Source: Lama guanicoe
Lineage: Eukaryota
Direction: 5' to 3'
Length of the DNA: 64,000 bases
Assembly: GCA_013239625.1 (NCBI GenBank)
Contig: MU054400.1
Span: forward strand, 4,465,802 to 4,529,801
A program made the position numbers and the translations under genes. Below are positions 48,118 to 59,595 of the stretch, one piece after another; position 1 is the stretch's first letter; the number at the start of each line of letters is the position of its first letter. Under the pieces are notes generated by a model, which was not told the origin of the DNA, searched no databases, and saw only the letters and a program-made list of their open reading frames with translations.

Positions 48118-51100
48118 ACTTTACAAAGCTGTGGTCCCTCTGACTGGTTAATCATATCGCAGACCAGTGGGGAAAGTCTCCCAAGATACAATCCCTCTGT
48201 ACAACCGGAGCTCCCTGCTGCCCTGGCGCTTTATACTTGCTCATTCCCACCAGAACGTTTTAATTTGGTGAAAATAATGAATCTCAAGAGGAGAGGGGCG
48301 GGGCAGGGGTGAGCGGGGAGGAGGGGGCGCAGGGGCCATGGAATTTGAGTCAGTGTCTGGTTACCATTTAGGGCCGAGAAGGAAACGGCTAGACCCAAGG
48401 AACTGGCAGTTGCAACTGCTCTTTGTTCTTTTTTTAAAAAGAAAATTCCACAAAATAAAGTTCTGGGGCTCAAAGCAAAAATGTTTTCTGCACGTTCTAC
48501 TGGGAAGTGTGCTGAAAACTCAGAACTGCAGGGAAACATTTGCTAATTGGAAAGACAAGACTGACTGTAAAGTCCGGATTAAGAAACTGGAGAAAGAAGT
48601 ATTTTCCTCAAGAGAGAGATAAGGATCACAAATGCTGATCCCCCAGTTTTCACGACTATTTAAGGAGATAATCTCCGCACTAACCAGAAAACAAGAGGCA
48701 GAGAATGACACAAAGAGCCGTTCTGGCAGAAGACAGGTAACTGATAACAAAGCAAACAGAGGCACAGGGAAGCCGAAGGGAAAGTGGTGTGGGCTCTGGA
48801 ACGAGGCAAATGGCGAAAGCTGATCCCAGGAGAGCAGACCAGCCAGCTGGACCAAAGCGATGCTGCCCAGATAAGAGGAAAATGTAAACACAAGCTGATA
48901 ATCCAACAGCATGTGTTCCAGCCCAGGAGAAAACAGCCATAAATCTTGTAGAAATGTGATATATTGGCAACCGAGAGAATGAATCTTAACCAGATCTTAT
49001 CCTGGCTTACGTTCCGCAATGAGCCAGAAAATGAGTACATGAAGGCGAAATATTAGTGAATTGTTAGTTTTCTTCACCACAGGCTCCTCTCATGCCCTGT
49101 GTGGAGGTGGACACCTGGCTGGGAGTCTGATTCCTGCCGTAACTGAGGCATCCAGTTCACCCTCCCTGTATCCCACCTTCTTATGTGTGAAAGGAGGGTG
49201 TTTCCTGTCCCTTCCTGACTTGTTGGGGTCCTTGGCATTAGAGCAGCATAAGAGCATGTGGGAAAGGGCAGGATTTCACTGATGGAAGGTCGCTTTCCAT
49301 CTCTAGCTATAGCTCTTCTCTCGACTATCTGTGTGACCTTGGATAGGTGGCTCAACTCCATTCAGATTCAGTTTACTCATTTGAAAAATGGGGGAAAACT
49401 ATGGAGAGTTATTAACTGTGGTTGGGAGATGTTCAATGATGTGCTCAAAGTCATAAAGTCAGGATTCGGACTCAAGTCTCATTGATGCCAATGACCCAAA
49501 TCTTTCCAGTACGGTGCACTGCTTCCCAATGAAACAACGTTGAGCTTTGTATTCATGAAAGATAGTTATTAATGGTCAGGACTAAAGATAATAAGCCACA
49601 TAAAGTCTCGGCACTTGGAAGAGGTTCAGCAAATACGAGCCACTATTACAGTCACTCTTTATAATTCCAAGTCCCTTAAGCTCAGGGCCTTGATGAACAC
49701 AGGAAGGAAAATGAATAATAATAATTTCTCACAAGGTAAAATTTCTCTACTTTTTTACCTCTCTCTACCCAAAGTAGAGATTCTACTAAATATTCTTCTA
49801 AATGTTTATTTTATGTCATGATCCACAAATAATATCTATTGAACAAGCTCAAATTTGCTGGCTATTTGAAAGTGCACACAGTTGACTGAGTGCATACAGT
49901 GGACCAAGTTCATCAAGAGATAACAGAGAAAAGATGTACTGAAAAGGTTCAAGGTCTGGCCCGGGCAAAATACAGGCTTCCCTGTTGTAAATAATCCATT
50001 GACTTTAAATATTTTCAAATATTTGATCTCACATCTTTAGGACATATGAAACTGGAGTCACAAGGAAATGAGCCCCACTTCATTTCAGTTTTTTTAGGGG
50101 GTGGTCCCTGTATACCCAAACCTGTTCTGTTTCCTGAAGAGGTACAACTTTTTTTCCAGATGGAATTTCAAAGTTTTATTCTAACTTCCTAATCCTGACT
50201 ATCTGCCAGACCCATCTCCAGCCCTTACATCTGGTTTTGGATGGTAATCACCAAACCTCACTGTGCCACTGAGATTTCAAGTTGGTTTCTTAATTGAAAC
50301 CCTGTGATGAAGCTCTGAAACTCACTCACCCCTGGTTAGTGCCAATGAGCTTTTAAACAGATCAAATATTAGTCCTTCTGACGCTAAACCCTAAAGTCCT
50401 AATTCCACCTGGGGCAAACTCAGAGTCAAGGAGCCAAATGCTCAACACAGTCTTGACACATAGTAGATGTTCAATAAACATTTGTTGAGTGCAAAGGTGA
50501 GAAATGACACAAATGCAGGAAAATAACCAAATAGGGTACCGGATCCTTCACTGGGTCCCTTCGAAATGTTTTCTTGCAGATTCTTCCTTTTTAATCTCAG
50601 GCCTTCCTCATTTTATAGATCAGAACAACTGAGGCTGAGGAAGATTCAATAATGGGCTTAAAATTACCCAGCCAGTTTCTAGTGCAGGTAGGATTCAAGC
50701 CCAAATCTGCCTGATGCCAAAGCTCCTACTCTTTCCACTAAATTACATGCCCTTCCCCAGGGAAACTTCTACTGACACAGGTTTCACATGCATATAATGA
50801 CAAGTAAGCCAAAGTAAAGGGGTTTTTCCTCAGGCTAAATTAAACTTGAAAGGATGTTGCCTTTTTCCTCCTTAATCTAGGCCTATTTGATGCTATATAA
50901 GATTTATAGATAGATAGGACATGCCTCGTCTTCAAAATTTAAAGTTAGCATTTCACCAAAAGTGTTTTGGGTAAAAAATGTTTTCATGCCAAATAGTCAT
51001 TTTTCTGTTTCATCTCTAAGTAAAGCAGTCTGAAAGTTGAGTGTTTTATCAGTTAGGAATTAAGTTTTGCTGCAGTGTAACAAGAAAACACAAGGAGCAG

Positions 51101-54100
51101 TCATTTGAAAGAAGTGTAGAGATGAGAAACCGATGGCTGGGATGAAATTTCCACAATGTCATCAGGATGCAGGTTCCTTATATACTTAGCACGATCACAG
51201 TGTCTTCATGGTCCCAAAATGGCTGCTGGAGCACCAACAATTACAACGGTCATTCCAGGCAAAAGGAAGATAGAAGGGCCCAGTGCAAGAATGTATGGCA
51301 GTTGAGACAATCCCCTTTAAAATTAACTTTCCCAGAAGCCTTAAGCAGTGATTTCTGTTAACATCTCTTTGGCTACAACTATATCACAAACAAGAGGGAT
51401 AAGAAAATGTACATACATTGCCAACCCAACAAAATGTGATTCTCAGTAAGAAAAAGGAGAGATTAGATAAGCAACTACCAAGTCTGACACAAATGCCTGA
51501 CATATCATTTAAACATCTGGCATTTAATTAGTGTCTTTTAGTTCCAAGAAACTAGACACTCAGAGGGGTTGAATGGTGTGCAGAAGGCAGAATCCTTGCT
51601 TCTGTGGAGCATAACAAAGCCATTTTATAGCCCATGGCCTCAAATGTTGGGTAATGCAGAGGTTAAAAGTTACCCAGCTTATTTTAAAAAGTCAATCCAA
51701 ATGAAAAGAAAGCATGATCTTATCAAGAGTACCAGTGAGCCCTTAAATACCCGTGGTTTCAAAGTCTCTGAAGTGTGCATCTATGAGCATTCCACATTCC
51801 CTGGTAACTCAAAGGCACATGTGCCCGATTTAGCGGCCAAGGGTAAAACACCCCTAACTAAGGAAGACATCATCACACTCAGGGAAACCAAAGATTTCTC
51901 CTCTCCTCCCGCAGGACTCAGCTCAGGGAGCTGCTGGGAATGGCCATCAACCCCAGGTGGGAGGGACTCAGAATCAAGCACCAGCATGACTGACAAGAAT
52001 CCTGGGTTCTCTATGTTGGAATCAGTCTTAAAGATGCTCAAGGTCAGGGACTCCCAACCGAACTGCAGAGTAAAGGAGAAGGAGAAATGGGGCTACACAG
52101 ACAGCAGAGGCAGGCTGGTCAGCAGGAGCCTGAGTCTGACGCCCAGGACCTCCAGCTGGAGGCTCGCTTCTGACCCTAGTGAAGGTGCTCCTCTCCTAGG
52201 AACACTACTGGTGACTTGTTCTCAGAGACACCGCCGCACATGTTGTGGCTTGACTTTAATAGGCTTCTTTAAGGTATATTAAGGCCATAGGGTTAGCTGA
52301 GTAGGTGTCAGCCAACATTCAGGTGATGGATGGAAATTAGAACCAGCGATGGTGTGGTACAACCAAAGGGCAACAGCCACGTCAAGAACAAGACTTTCAC
52401 AACCCCATCCTCGTGCTCACGTGTCCAGAGTTCACATCCATTCTCACCACTTGCTTTTTTCAGGCTATATTCATTCTTTTTCTGATTCATGATGATGTCC
52501 CAGAAAGTGGCGACTTATTTGCTCTTCTGAAGAGTGACTCGTTACAGAGCAAAAAACAGGTAGAGGAGAAATACATAGAGAAATGTATTTATAATAAAGA
52601 AGATAAAGACAAGAAAGACTGACGATCATGTCAACTCTTACGTTGTTCACACTGACACATACAAGACCTTGATGTGCTACAAGGATTTCAAAAATACACA
52701 TCATTGTTTTTAAATACAGAAATGCACATCAACTTGAAGGCCTTAAATTTGCTTTGTGTTTTTGGATATATCATTTCTTATCTGCCATGGAGAAATCACC
52801 ACCAGAAAGGGAAGAAGGCAGAAGGGGCTCTAAATAACTTCTGGAAAACTAAAACCACACAGACTGAAGTAAATTGAAATTTTTGTGTCTCTTTGTTTAT
52901 AAACTTACACATATCTAGGTGTTACAGACATCTGCAGGACCAAGCCCGACCTTCAGAAGTATTACAGTCTAGAACAGCATTTCTTATCTCTGAACTCTAG
53001 TTAGAATTACAGTCCATCTCACGACCCAGAGCCCTTACTTCTGCCATCTTTGGCTGATTTTACCCTTCACGCAAGTTTGTCCTTCAAGGAGTTTGAATCT
53101 ATTTGAGAAATGCTCTTGCTCCTTTGAAGTTACAGTCTTTAGTGCAATTCTGCACATAGCAGGATGCCACAGGTGTTCACTGCTTTGTGTATCACATGCA
53201 ATGTATTAGCTGTGCACCTGTTAGAATTCAGGGGATCGATAAATATTTGCACTGTCCATCCTCCCACACTCCAGGGTCAGAATCATTTCAGAGACGCCGG
53301 GGCATGTAGATGAAGATGAAAATATGAGCTTTATCGCCAATCCAAGCTGTTTTAGAGGGTGTGACTTAGATGGTCAAGCTCAGTTAGCTTTCTAACACCT
53401 CCCCTTGGAAGTGGGAGTTGGACAGACTGGTCCACCAGTCACTGGTGCTGCTGGCCATCCACAGCCTCCCCAGCACGGCCAGCTAGCAGCCCAGTGGACA
53501 GCCAGAGGTACCCTTCTGAACATAAGAAGATCAAGAGAGGCAAACCAAACTTCCACGGCCCCTTTTCCAAATATCACTGAGCAGCTAAATCTCTCCTTCT
53601 CTCAGAGGAAGGAGTTAGTACGGGGCTTTAAAAAAAAAAGATCATAGCCCTGTCTCCTGAAGACTGGAAGCTCTTTTCTCTCTGAGACATGTAGGACATC
53701 TTCCCATTGAAACTCCGCAGATGCCTGATTCCCCTCCCCAACTCCCCCACCCCAGATGTTAATCTACTGTCCTGAGAGGATCATTTATATTTATTATGTG
53801 CCAAACCCAACACCCAACACATAATTCAAGATAACCCCCCATCATAAATTCTATGTGTAGGATTTATATACCCCAGATGGGTGGAGGTTTTGATCTTTAG
53901 AAATGAACGGATTTTTGTAATTCACAAAATGCCCTGCAATGCACGGAGCTCTGTTCCTCATGTTTCCTGTGGAGCCTCCGACGTGCTGGGAGATTACGGA
54001 GCAAAGATAGTGAAATAAATACTAAGCTTGAAGAATTTGTTACAAGGCTATTGATAAATGTTTTTGGATATATGTGATTTATTCCATAAGAATGCCTACT

Positions 54101-54139
54101 CTGACTGTCTCCAACTAAATAAGATATATAAAGTTTAGC

Positions 54140-54231
54140 GGGGGAGGGTCTAGCTCAGTGGTAGAGCGCATGCTTAGCATGCATGAGGTCTTGGGTTCAA
54201 TCCCGAGTACCTCCATTAAAAAAAAAAAAAA
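54140..54231 (+). mobile_element. tRNA-Ala-derived SINE, short form (tRNA head directly followed by A-tail)
   Basis: ggggagggtctagctcagtggtagagcgcatgcttagcatgcatgaggtcttgggttcaatcccgagtacctccatt then A-run. Confidence 0.93.
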
Positions 54232-54769
54232 CACAGCACATGATCCGAACCCTTGATCTATCAGGGATATACATGATCACGGGCTTTCACGAGTGTTTTA
54301 GTAGGAAAGACAGATAAGACTAGCTGCTGTGCTACACAACTCCTAAATCTCAGGGGCTAATTCTACACAATAAATATTTGTTTAGAACCCAGAGCACAGT
54401 CCAATAGGAGTGAGAAAGATTCTGCTCCTCATTCAGAGTCCCAGGCTCCTTGGACTTTGTGCTCTCACCTTCCTGTAGGTCTTCAGAATTCTTTTCATTT
54501 AGCCCAAGTGTAAGAAAAGAGTGTGAAGAGAAAAAAAAGAAAAGAAAAGAAAAGGGTATGAGGAAGGAGACGAAGATGCCCAGTGTGGTCTGGCTTTCAA
54601 AGCTCCAAACCTCAAAATGGCACACACATCACTTCTGCTTATACCTCTCTGGCCAGAACTCAGTCACGTGCCACACCTGAGTGCAAAGGGCAATGGAGTT
54701 TGCAGCGCACCCAGGGAGAACAGGACAAGAGTGACGGTGACCTCAGCAGCCTTAGAATGGCCAGGACCC

Positions 54770-55065
54770 AGAGCAGCCAGGAACAAAAGACCACATATCA
54801 TATGACTCGATTCATATGAAAGACCGGGACAGGTTAATCTTTAGAGATAGAAGTGAATTAGTGGCTGCCCAGGGTCGAGAAGAGTTACAGGGGAGTAGAT
54901 GGGTTACAACTAAAGGGAATACGGTTTCTTCTTGAGATGATTAAAAATGCTTCCAACTTGACATTGCTGATGGCTGCATGTCACATATATGTGAATATAC
55001 TGAAAAACATTTCATTGTAAATAGAGTAATTGATAGTATATGAATTATAACCCAACAAAACCATT
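54770..55065 (+). mobile_element. Old L1 (L1MB-like) 3' end
   Basis: aaaagaccacatat, agagatagaagtgaattagtggctgcc, gtgaatatactgaaaaacatt. Confidence 0.75.
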
Positions 55066-55631
55066 TTTCACTTTTTTTTTCATTGAAGTATAGTCAGTTT
55101 ACAATGCTGTATCAATTTCTGGTGTACAGCATAATGTTTCAGTCATAGATATACATATATATATTCCTTTTCATATTCTTTTTCACTATAGGTTACTATA
55201 AGATACTGAATACAGTTCCCTGTGCTACACAGTAGAAACTTGTTGCTTATCTATTTTATATGTAGTAGTTAGTATCTGAAAATCTCCAGCTCCCAATTTA
55301 ACCCTTGCCATTCCCTTTCCCCCTTGGTAACCATAAGTTTGTTTTCTACATCTGTGAGTCTGTTTCTGTTTTATAAATTATTCATTTGTCTTGTTTTTTT
55401 TTTTTTAGATTCCACATATGAGTAATAGCATATGGTATTTTTCTTTCTCTTTCTGGCTTATTTTACTTAGAATGACGATCTCCAGGTCCATCCATATTGC
55501 TGCAAATGGCATTATTTTGTTCTTTTTTATGGCTGAGTAGTATTCCTTATAGATATACCACAACTTCTTTATCCAGTCATCTGTCAATGGATATTTGGGC
55601 TATTTGCATGTCTTGGCTATTGTAAATAGTG
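55066..55631 (-). mobile_element. Young L1 3' end with perfect TSD
   Basis: ORF2-end peptide [36 protein letters not shown] aacaaaaccatt at 55054-55065 and 55632-55643. Confidence 0.95.
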
Positions 55632-56084
55632 AACAAAACCATTAAAAAAAGAAGAAGAAGAACAAGACCAGATGGATATATCAGAATTCTCTGCATTATC
55701 TTTGCAACTTATGTAAATACTTAACTATTCTAAACCTTTGGGTTTTTTTTTTTAAGCCAAGACTAGTTTCAAAGATACTGAATTTTTCCTACAAAATCTT
55801 TTCTCTTGCCTTTTTTTCTGGTGACACTGAATATCCGAGGCCAGAAAGCTTCATCTTTGAGAGAGTTTTTAAATGTATCTGAAGATTTATTCCATAAGAA
55901 TGTCATTTCGCTGATTTTACCCTTCCTATTTTGTAAAATGGGACTGATGCACTGACCTCTACAGTTTGTTGTAATGATTAAGATATTAAATCTGAAAGCC
56001 CGGGGCAATTCTGGGCATCTAGTTGGCTCTTGATTAAAGTCTATTAATCATATAGCCCTTTGAAGGGGAATAAAATATTAAAAA

Positions 56085-57290
56085 TACAAATGACCCCATT
56101 AAAAATTGGCTTAAAACTTAAACAGATACTTCACAAAAAGAAGATATTCAAACGCTCAATGTGATGGATGGAACCTGTCCCCCTAGAAATCATGTGTTCA
56201 AAGCCTCCAATGTGATGGTATGAGGAAGTGGGACATCTGGGAGGTGATTAGGTGATGAGGGTGGAGCCCTCATGAATGGAAGCAGTGCCCTTCATAAGAA
56301 GGGACATGAGAGATCTCAATCTTTCTGTCTCTGTCTCTGTCTCTCTTTATCTCTCAAGTGAGGATGCAGCAAGAAAAATGGCCAGGGATTGGTCCTCACT
56401 GGGCACTGCCTTCCCAGTCTCCAGAACTATGCGAAATAAAAATTTGTGGTTAAGCCAAACAGTCTGTGGCATTGTTGTCATAGCATCCAGAATGGGCTAA
56501 GACAGTCCGTAAGGGTATGAAAAAGTGCGTAGCATAACTAGTCATCAGGGAAATGCAGAGCAAAACCACAATGAGATACCTTTACACACTCACTAGAAAA
56601 ACTAAAATTAAAACCGACTCCTCTAAGTGTTGACAAGAATGTGGAGTAACTAAAACTCCCACACGTTGCTGGTGGGGGTTTAGAATTGTACAATCATTTT
56701 GAAAACAAACTGGCATTCTCTGATAAATTTAAATATTCACCTACCCTAAGACCCAGCAACAACACTCCTAGATATATAACAAGAGAAACAACTTGTTAGT
56801 ATGCTCATAACAAGACTGATGCATAAATAACACACTTTGATGCATGAAAAGCAAACAGTGGAAACAGCCCAGGTGTCCATCCGCTGGAAAATGGATTAAC
56901 AAATTGTGGTATATTCATGCTAAGGAATAATACTAAGCAAAAAAAAAAAAAAAAAAAAAAAAAACAAAATACTTAACATAGATAAATCTCAAAAAATATG
57001 TGGAGTGAGATGCATAAACAAAAGAACACATATGTATGATTTCATTCATATGAGGTTCATGAACACAGAAAACTAATCCATAATGACAGAAAACAGGTCA
57101 GTGGTTGCTTGGAGTTATAGGGGTTGTTGGATAAGAATCGACTGGAAAGAAGTATGAGATAACTTCCTAGGATGCTGGAAATGTTTTCTATTTCAATCAG
57201 GGTACATAAATTTGCCAAAATTTATTGTGCCGAATACTTAAGACTTATGCGTTTAAGGAATATAATAAAGCACTGTTAATATGAAAAATA
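56085..57290 (+). mobile_element. Old L1 (L1MC/MD-like) ORF2 end and 3' UTR, interrupted by a MaLR LTR; long A-run near 56939-56964
   Basis: aacagatacttcacaaaaagaagata, gtcatcagggaaatgca..aaaaccacaatgagatacc, acaaattgtggtatattcat. Confidence 0.85.
56160..56504 (+). mobile_element. MaLR solo LTR (MLT1A-like) nested in L1
   Basis: tg...gggaggtgattaggtgatgagggtggagccctcatgaatgg...ctaagaca. Confidence 0.85.
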
Positions 57291-58405
57291 AGGAAATTGG
57301 GCTGGAAGAAGAGCAGAAACTATTTCATCTTTTTTTGCTTTGGAAATGTGAGGGCATATGGTGTATATATATGCTAATTGCCTACATATGCCTCCCACCA
57401 GCTGCCTCCCCAGGTCACCAAGGTGCAGAGCCCTGGAAAATTACCTCTAGTCAATTCCATCTAAAGACAGCCCTGCAAACAGCCATGGCCAGTGTATGCT
57501 CTGCAGATCAATATAATCCATAATTCCGTAAAAATATAATAATAACCCCCTAACCTAGACAAGTCTTGGATCACACTTTTCGTAAGTTATATAAAGCTTG
57601 TGAAAACAGGAAATAAAGCACATTGAAGACATTACAGAAAAAATATCCAAAATAGACTAAAATGCAAATGAAGGCTATGAGAAAAGGACAGAGAAGGCTT
57701 TTTTTTTTTTAACTGCCAAAATTATGCTGGCCAAAACACAGGAGAAAAGGAAATGAGAATCCTGGGATGGAATGGCAGTCAAAGGCAAGGAAAACACAGA
57801 ACATTCAAAGCATTGTGCATAAGCGTGGAGGGGGCAAGGCTAGAGCAGTCTGCATATTAACTTACAGCCGGCAACCAGTTCAAATGGGAATTTAATGACC
57901 CTTAAGGCTTATGTCTTAGACATGAACAGGGACTGAATGAAAGTTGGAGGTGGAATCCTATTAAATTGCTGGAGCAGATTTTATTCCTTCGTTTTAAGAC
58001 TTAAGCTTTGGTGTGATAGAAACAATCAGCTACCTATTGATAAACTTGAAATTTTCTTCTATTAGCTAATGGGACCTCAAGTGTTGTGAGCTGTTTACAT
58101 GGTACACATGTTCAGCAGCTAGTTTTTTTTTTTAACGTTTGCAGATTCTGAAATAAGAACAAAACATGTGCATGTGCATAATGTCTTCGTATAAACTAAG
58201 AAGGGTATGTATAACAGCTGTTTGAAGTATGCCTTTTATACTTTATTATATTATCTTCCTAATGTTTGCCAACATGATTGTGAGTTTGTTTCTCTTAATA
58301 ATTTGACTTTATATATATATTTCAAATCTACATTGCTAGGAACATAAAGAGTCATCATGATTACATCTTCCTTGTGGACTATAAATTTTACCAAATAGAA
58401 ATCAC

Positions 58406-58775
58406 TTTTTTTTTAATTGAAGGATAGTCAGCTTACAATGTTGTGTCAATTTCCAATGTATAGCATAATGTGTCAGTCATACATATACATACATATATTC
58501 TTTTTCATATTCTTTTTCATTATAGGCCACTACAAGATATTGAATACAGTTCCCTGTGTTATATGGAACAAATTTGTATATCTATTTTATGTATAGTAGT
58601 TAATATCTGCAAATCTGGAACTAACAATTTATTCTTCCCCAACCATTCTCCCCGCTGGTAACCATAAGTTTATTTTCTATGTCTATGAGTCTGTTTCTGT
58701 TCTGTAAATAAGTTCATTTGTCTTTTTTTGGGGGGGGGGGGATTCCACGTATGAGTGATATCCTATGGTATTTTT
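58406..58775 (-). mobile_element. Lineage-specific L1 3' UTR
   Basis: T-tail; ggtaaccataagttt...gagtctgtttctgtt; gattccacgtatgagtgata. Confidence 0.92.
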
Positions 58776-58900
58776 GCAGGAGGGAGGAGTAGGTAATTAA
58801 GTTTATTTATTTATTTTTTTAATTGACAGTACTGGGGATTGAACCCAGGACCTCATCTATGCTAAGCATGCGCTCTACCACTTGAGCTATACCTTCCCCC
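58776..58900 (-). mobile_element. tRNA-Ala-derived SINE directly abutting the L1
   Basis: gtactggggattgaacccaggacctc...ctctaccacttgagctataccttccccc. Confidence 0.93.
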
Positions 58901-59179
58901 ATCTAGAAACAACTCTTTTTTGCCTTTAATGCGTTTCTCTGAGACATTATCTTTATCAGCCATCCATATTCCTGTGCTTAGCTTTCCTTTGCCCACAATT
59001 TGCTTGCTGTTTTTGTTTTTAATTGTTCTTGAGTTGTTTTGTTGTAGGCGCATTCCTGTTAAACAACGTATGGGTATATTTTCGTAGCGGTGTTGATGGG
59101 GTTTTGTTGTTGTTTGGGTTTGATCTGACTTCTTATGGGCTTTTGGTTTTGTTGGGGAAGACAGGGTTCCTTGCCCTCC

Positions 59180-59595
59180 ACACTCAATAGTGGTGTCTTC
59201 CTCCACTTTGTCCATACAAACAGCGGCTCCTGTGGTCCCTTCCTAGACCTTATCTTGACGTGTAGCTGCACCACCTCCAGCATCTCAGATTTAAGCATCG
59301 TACTGTCGGTCTTCTGACCACTACCACGACTCCTAGCATCAATCGTCAACAGTTCCTCACCCCCCAGGACCCTGGATGATTGAACACACTCCTTTGTCAC
59401 TTCTCTCCCTTTCAAACTAGACACCATAGACTGTCACTCTGGTCATTCTGTGCACAGGTTCTCAACTCTCTGTGCACATGTGACCCACACTCCTTTCCTG
59501 CCTCCTACCATCAGAAGCCTGGGCAAAGCCAATGCTGGTTAAACTCAGCTCTGTTTACTCTTCATCTATACCCGAGTCGCTAAACATGGATGAAA
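59180..59595 (+). mobile_element. LINE-2 internal (ORF2) fragment
   Basis: cctagaccttatc..ctgcaccacctcc..atctcagatttaagcatc; ggcaaagccaatgctggttaaactc. Confidence 0.65.

Noticed and set aside
51569..52282. Longest ORF (237 aa) as a gene
   Set aside because: It starts at TTG, has no recognisable domain and no supporting promoter or splice structure. One ORF of this length in 64 kb can arise by chance. BLASTP or PhyloCSF would settle it.
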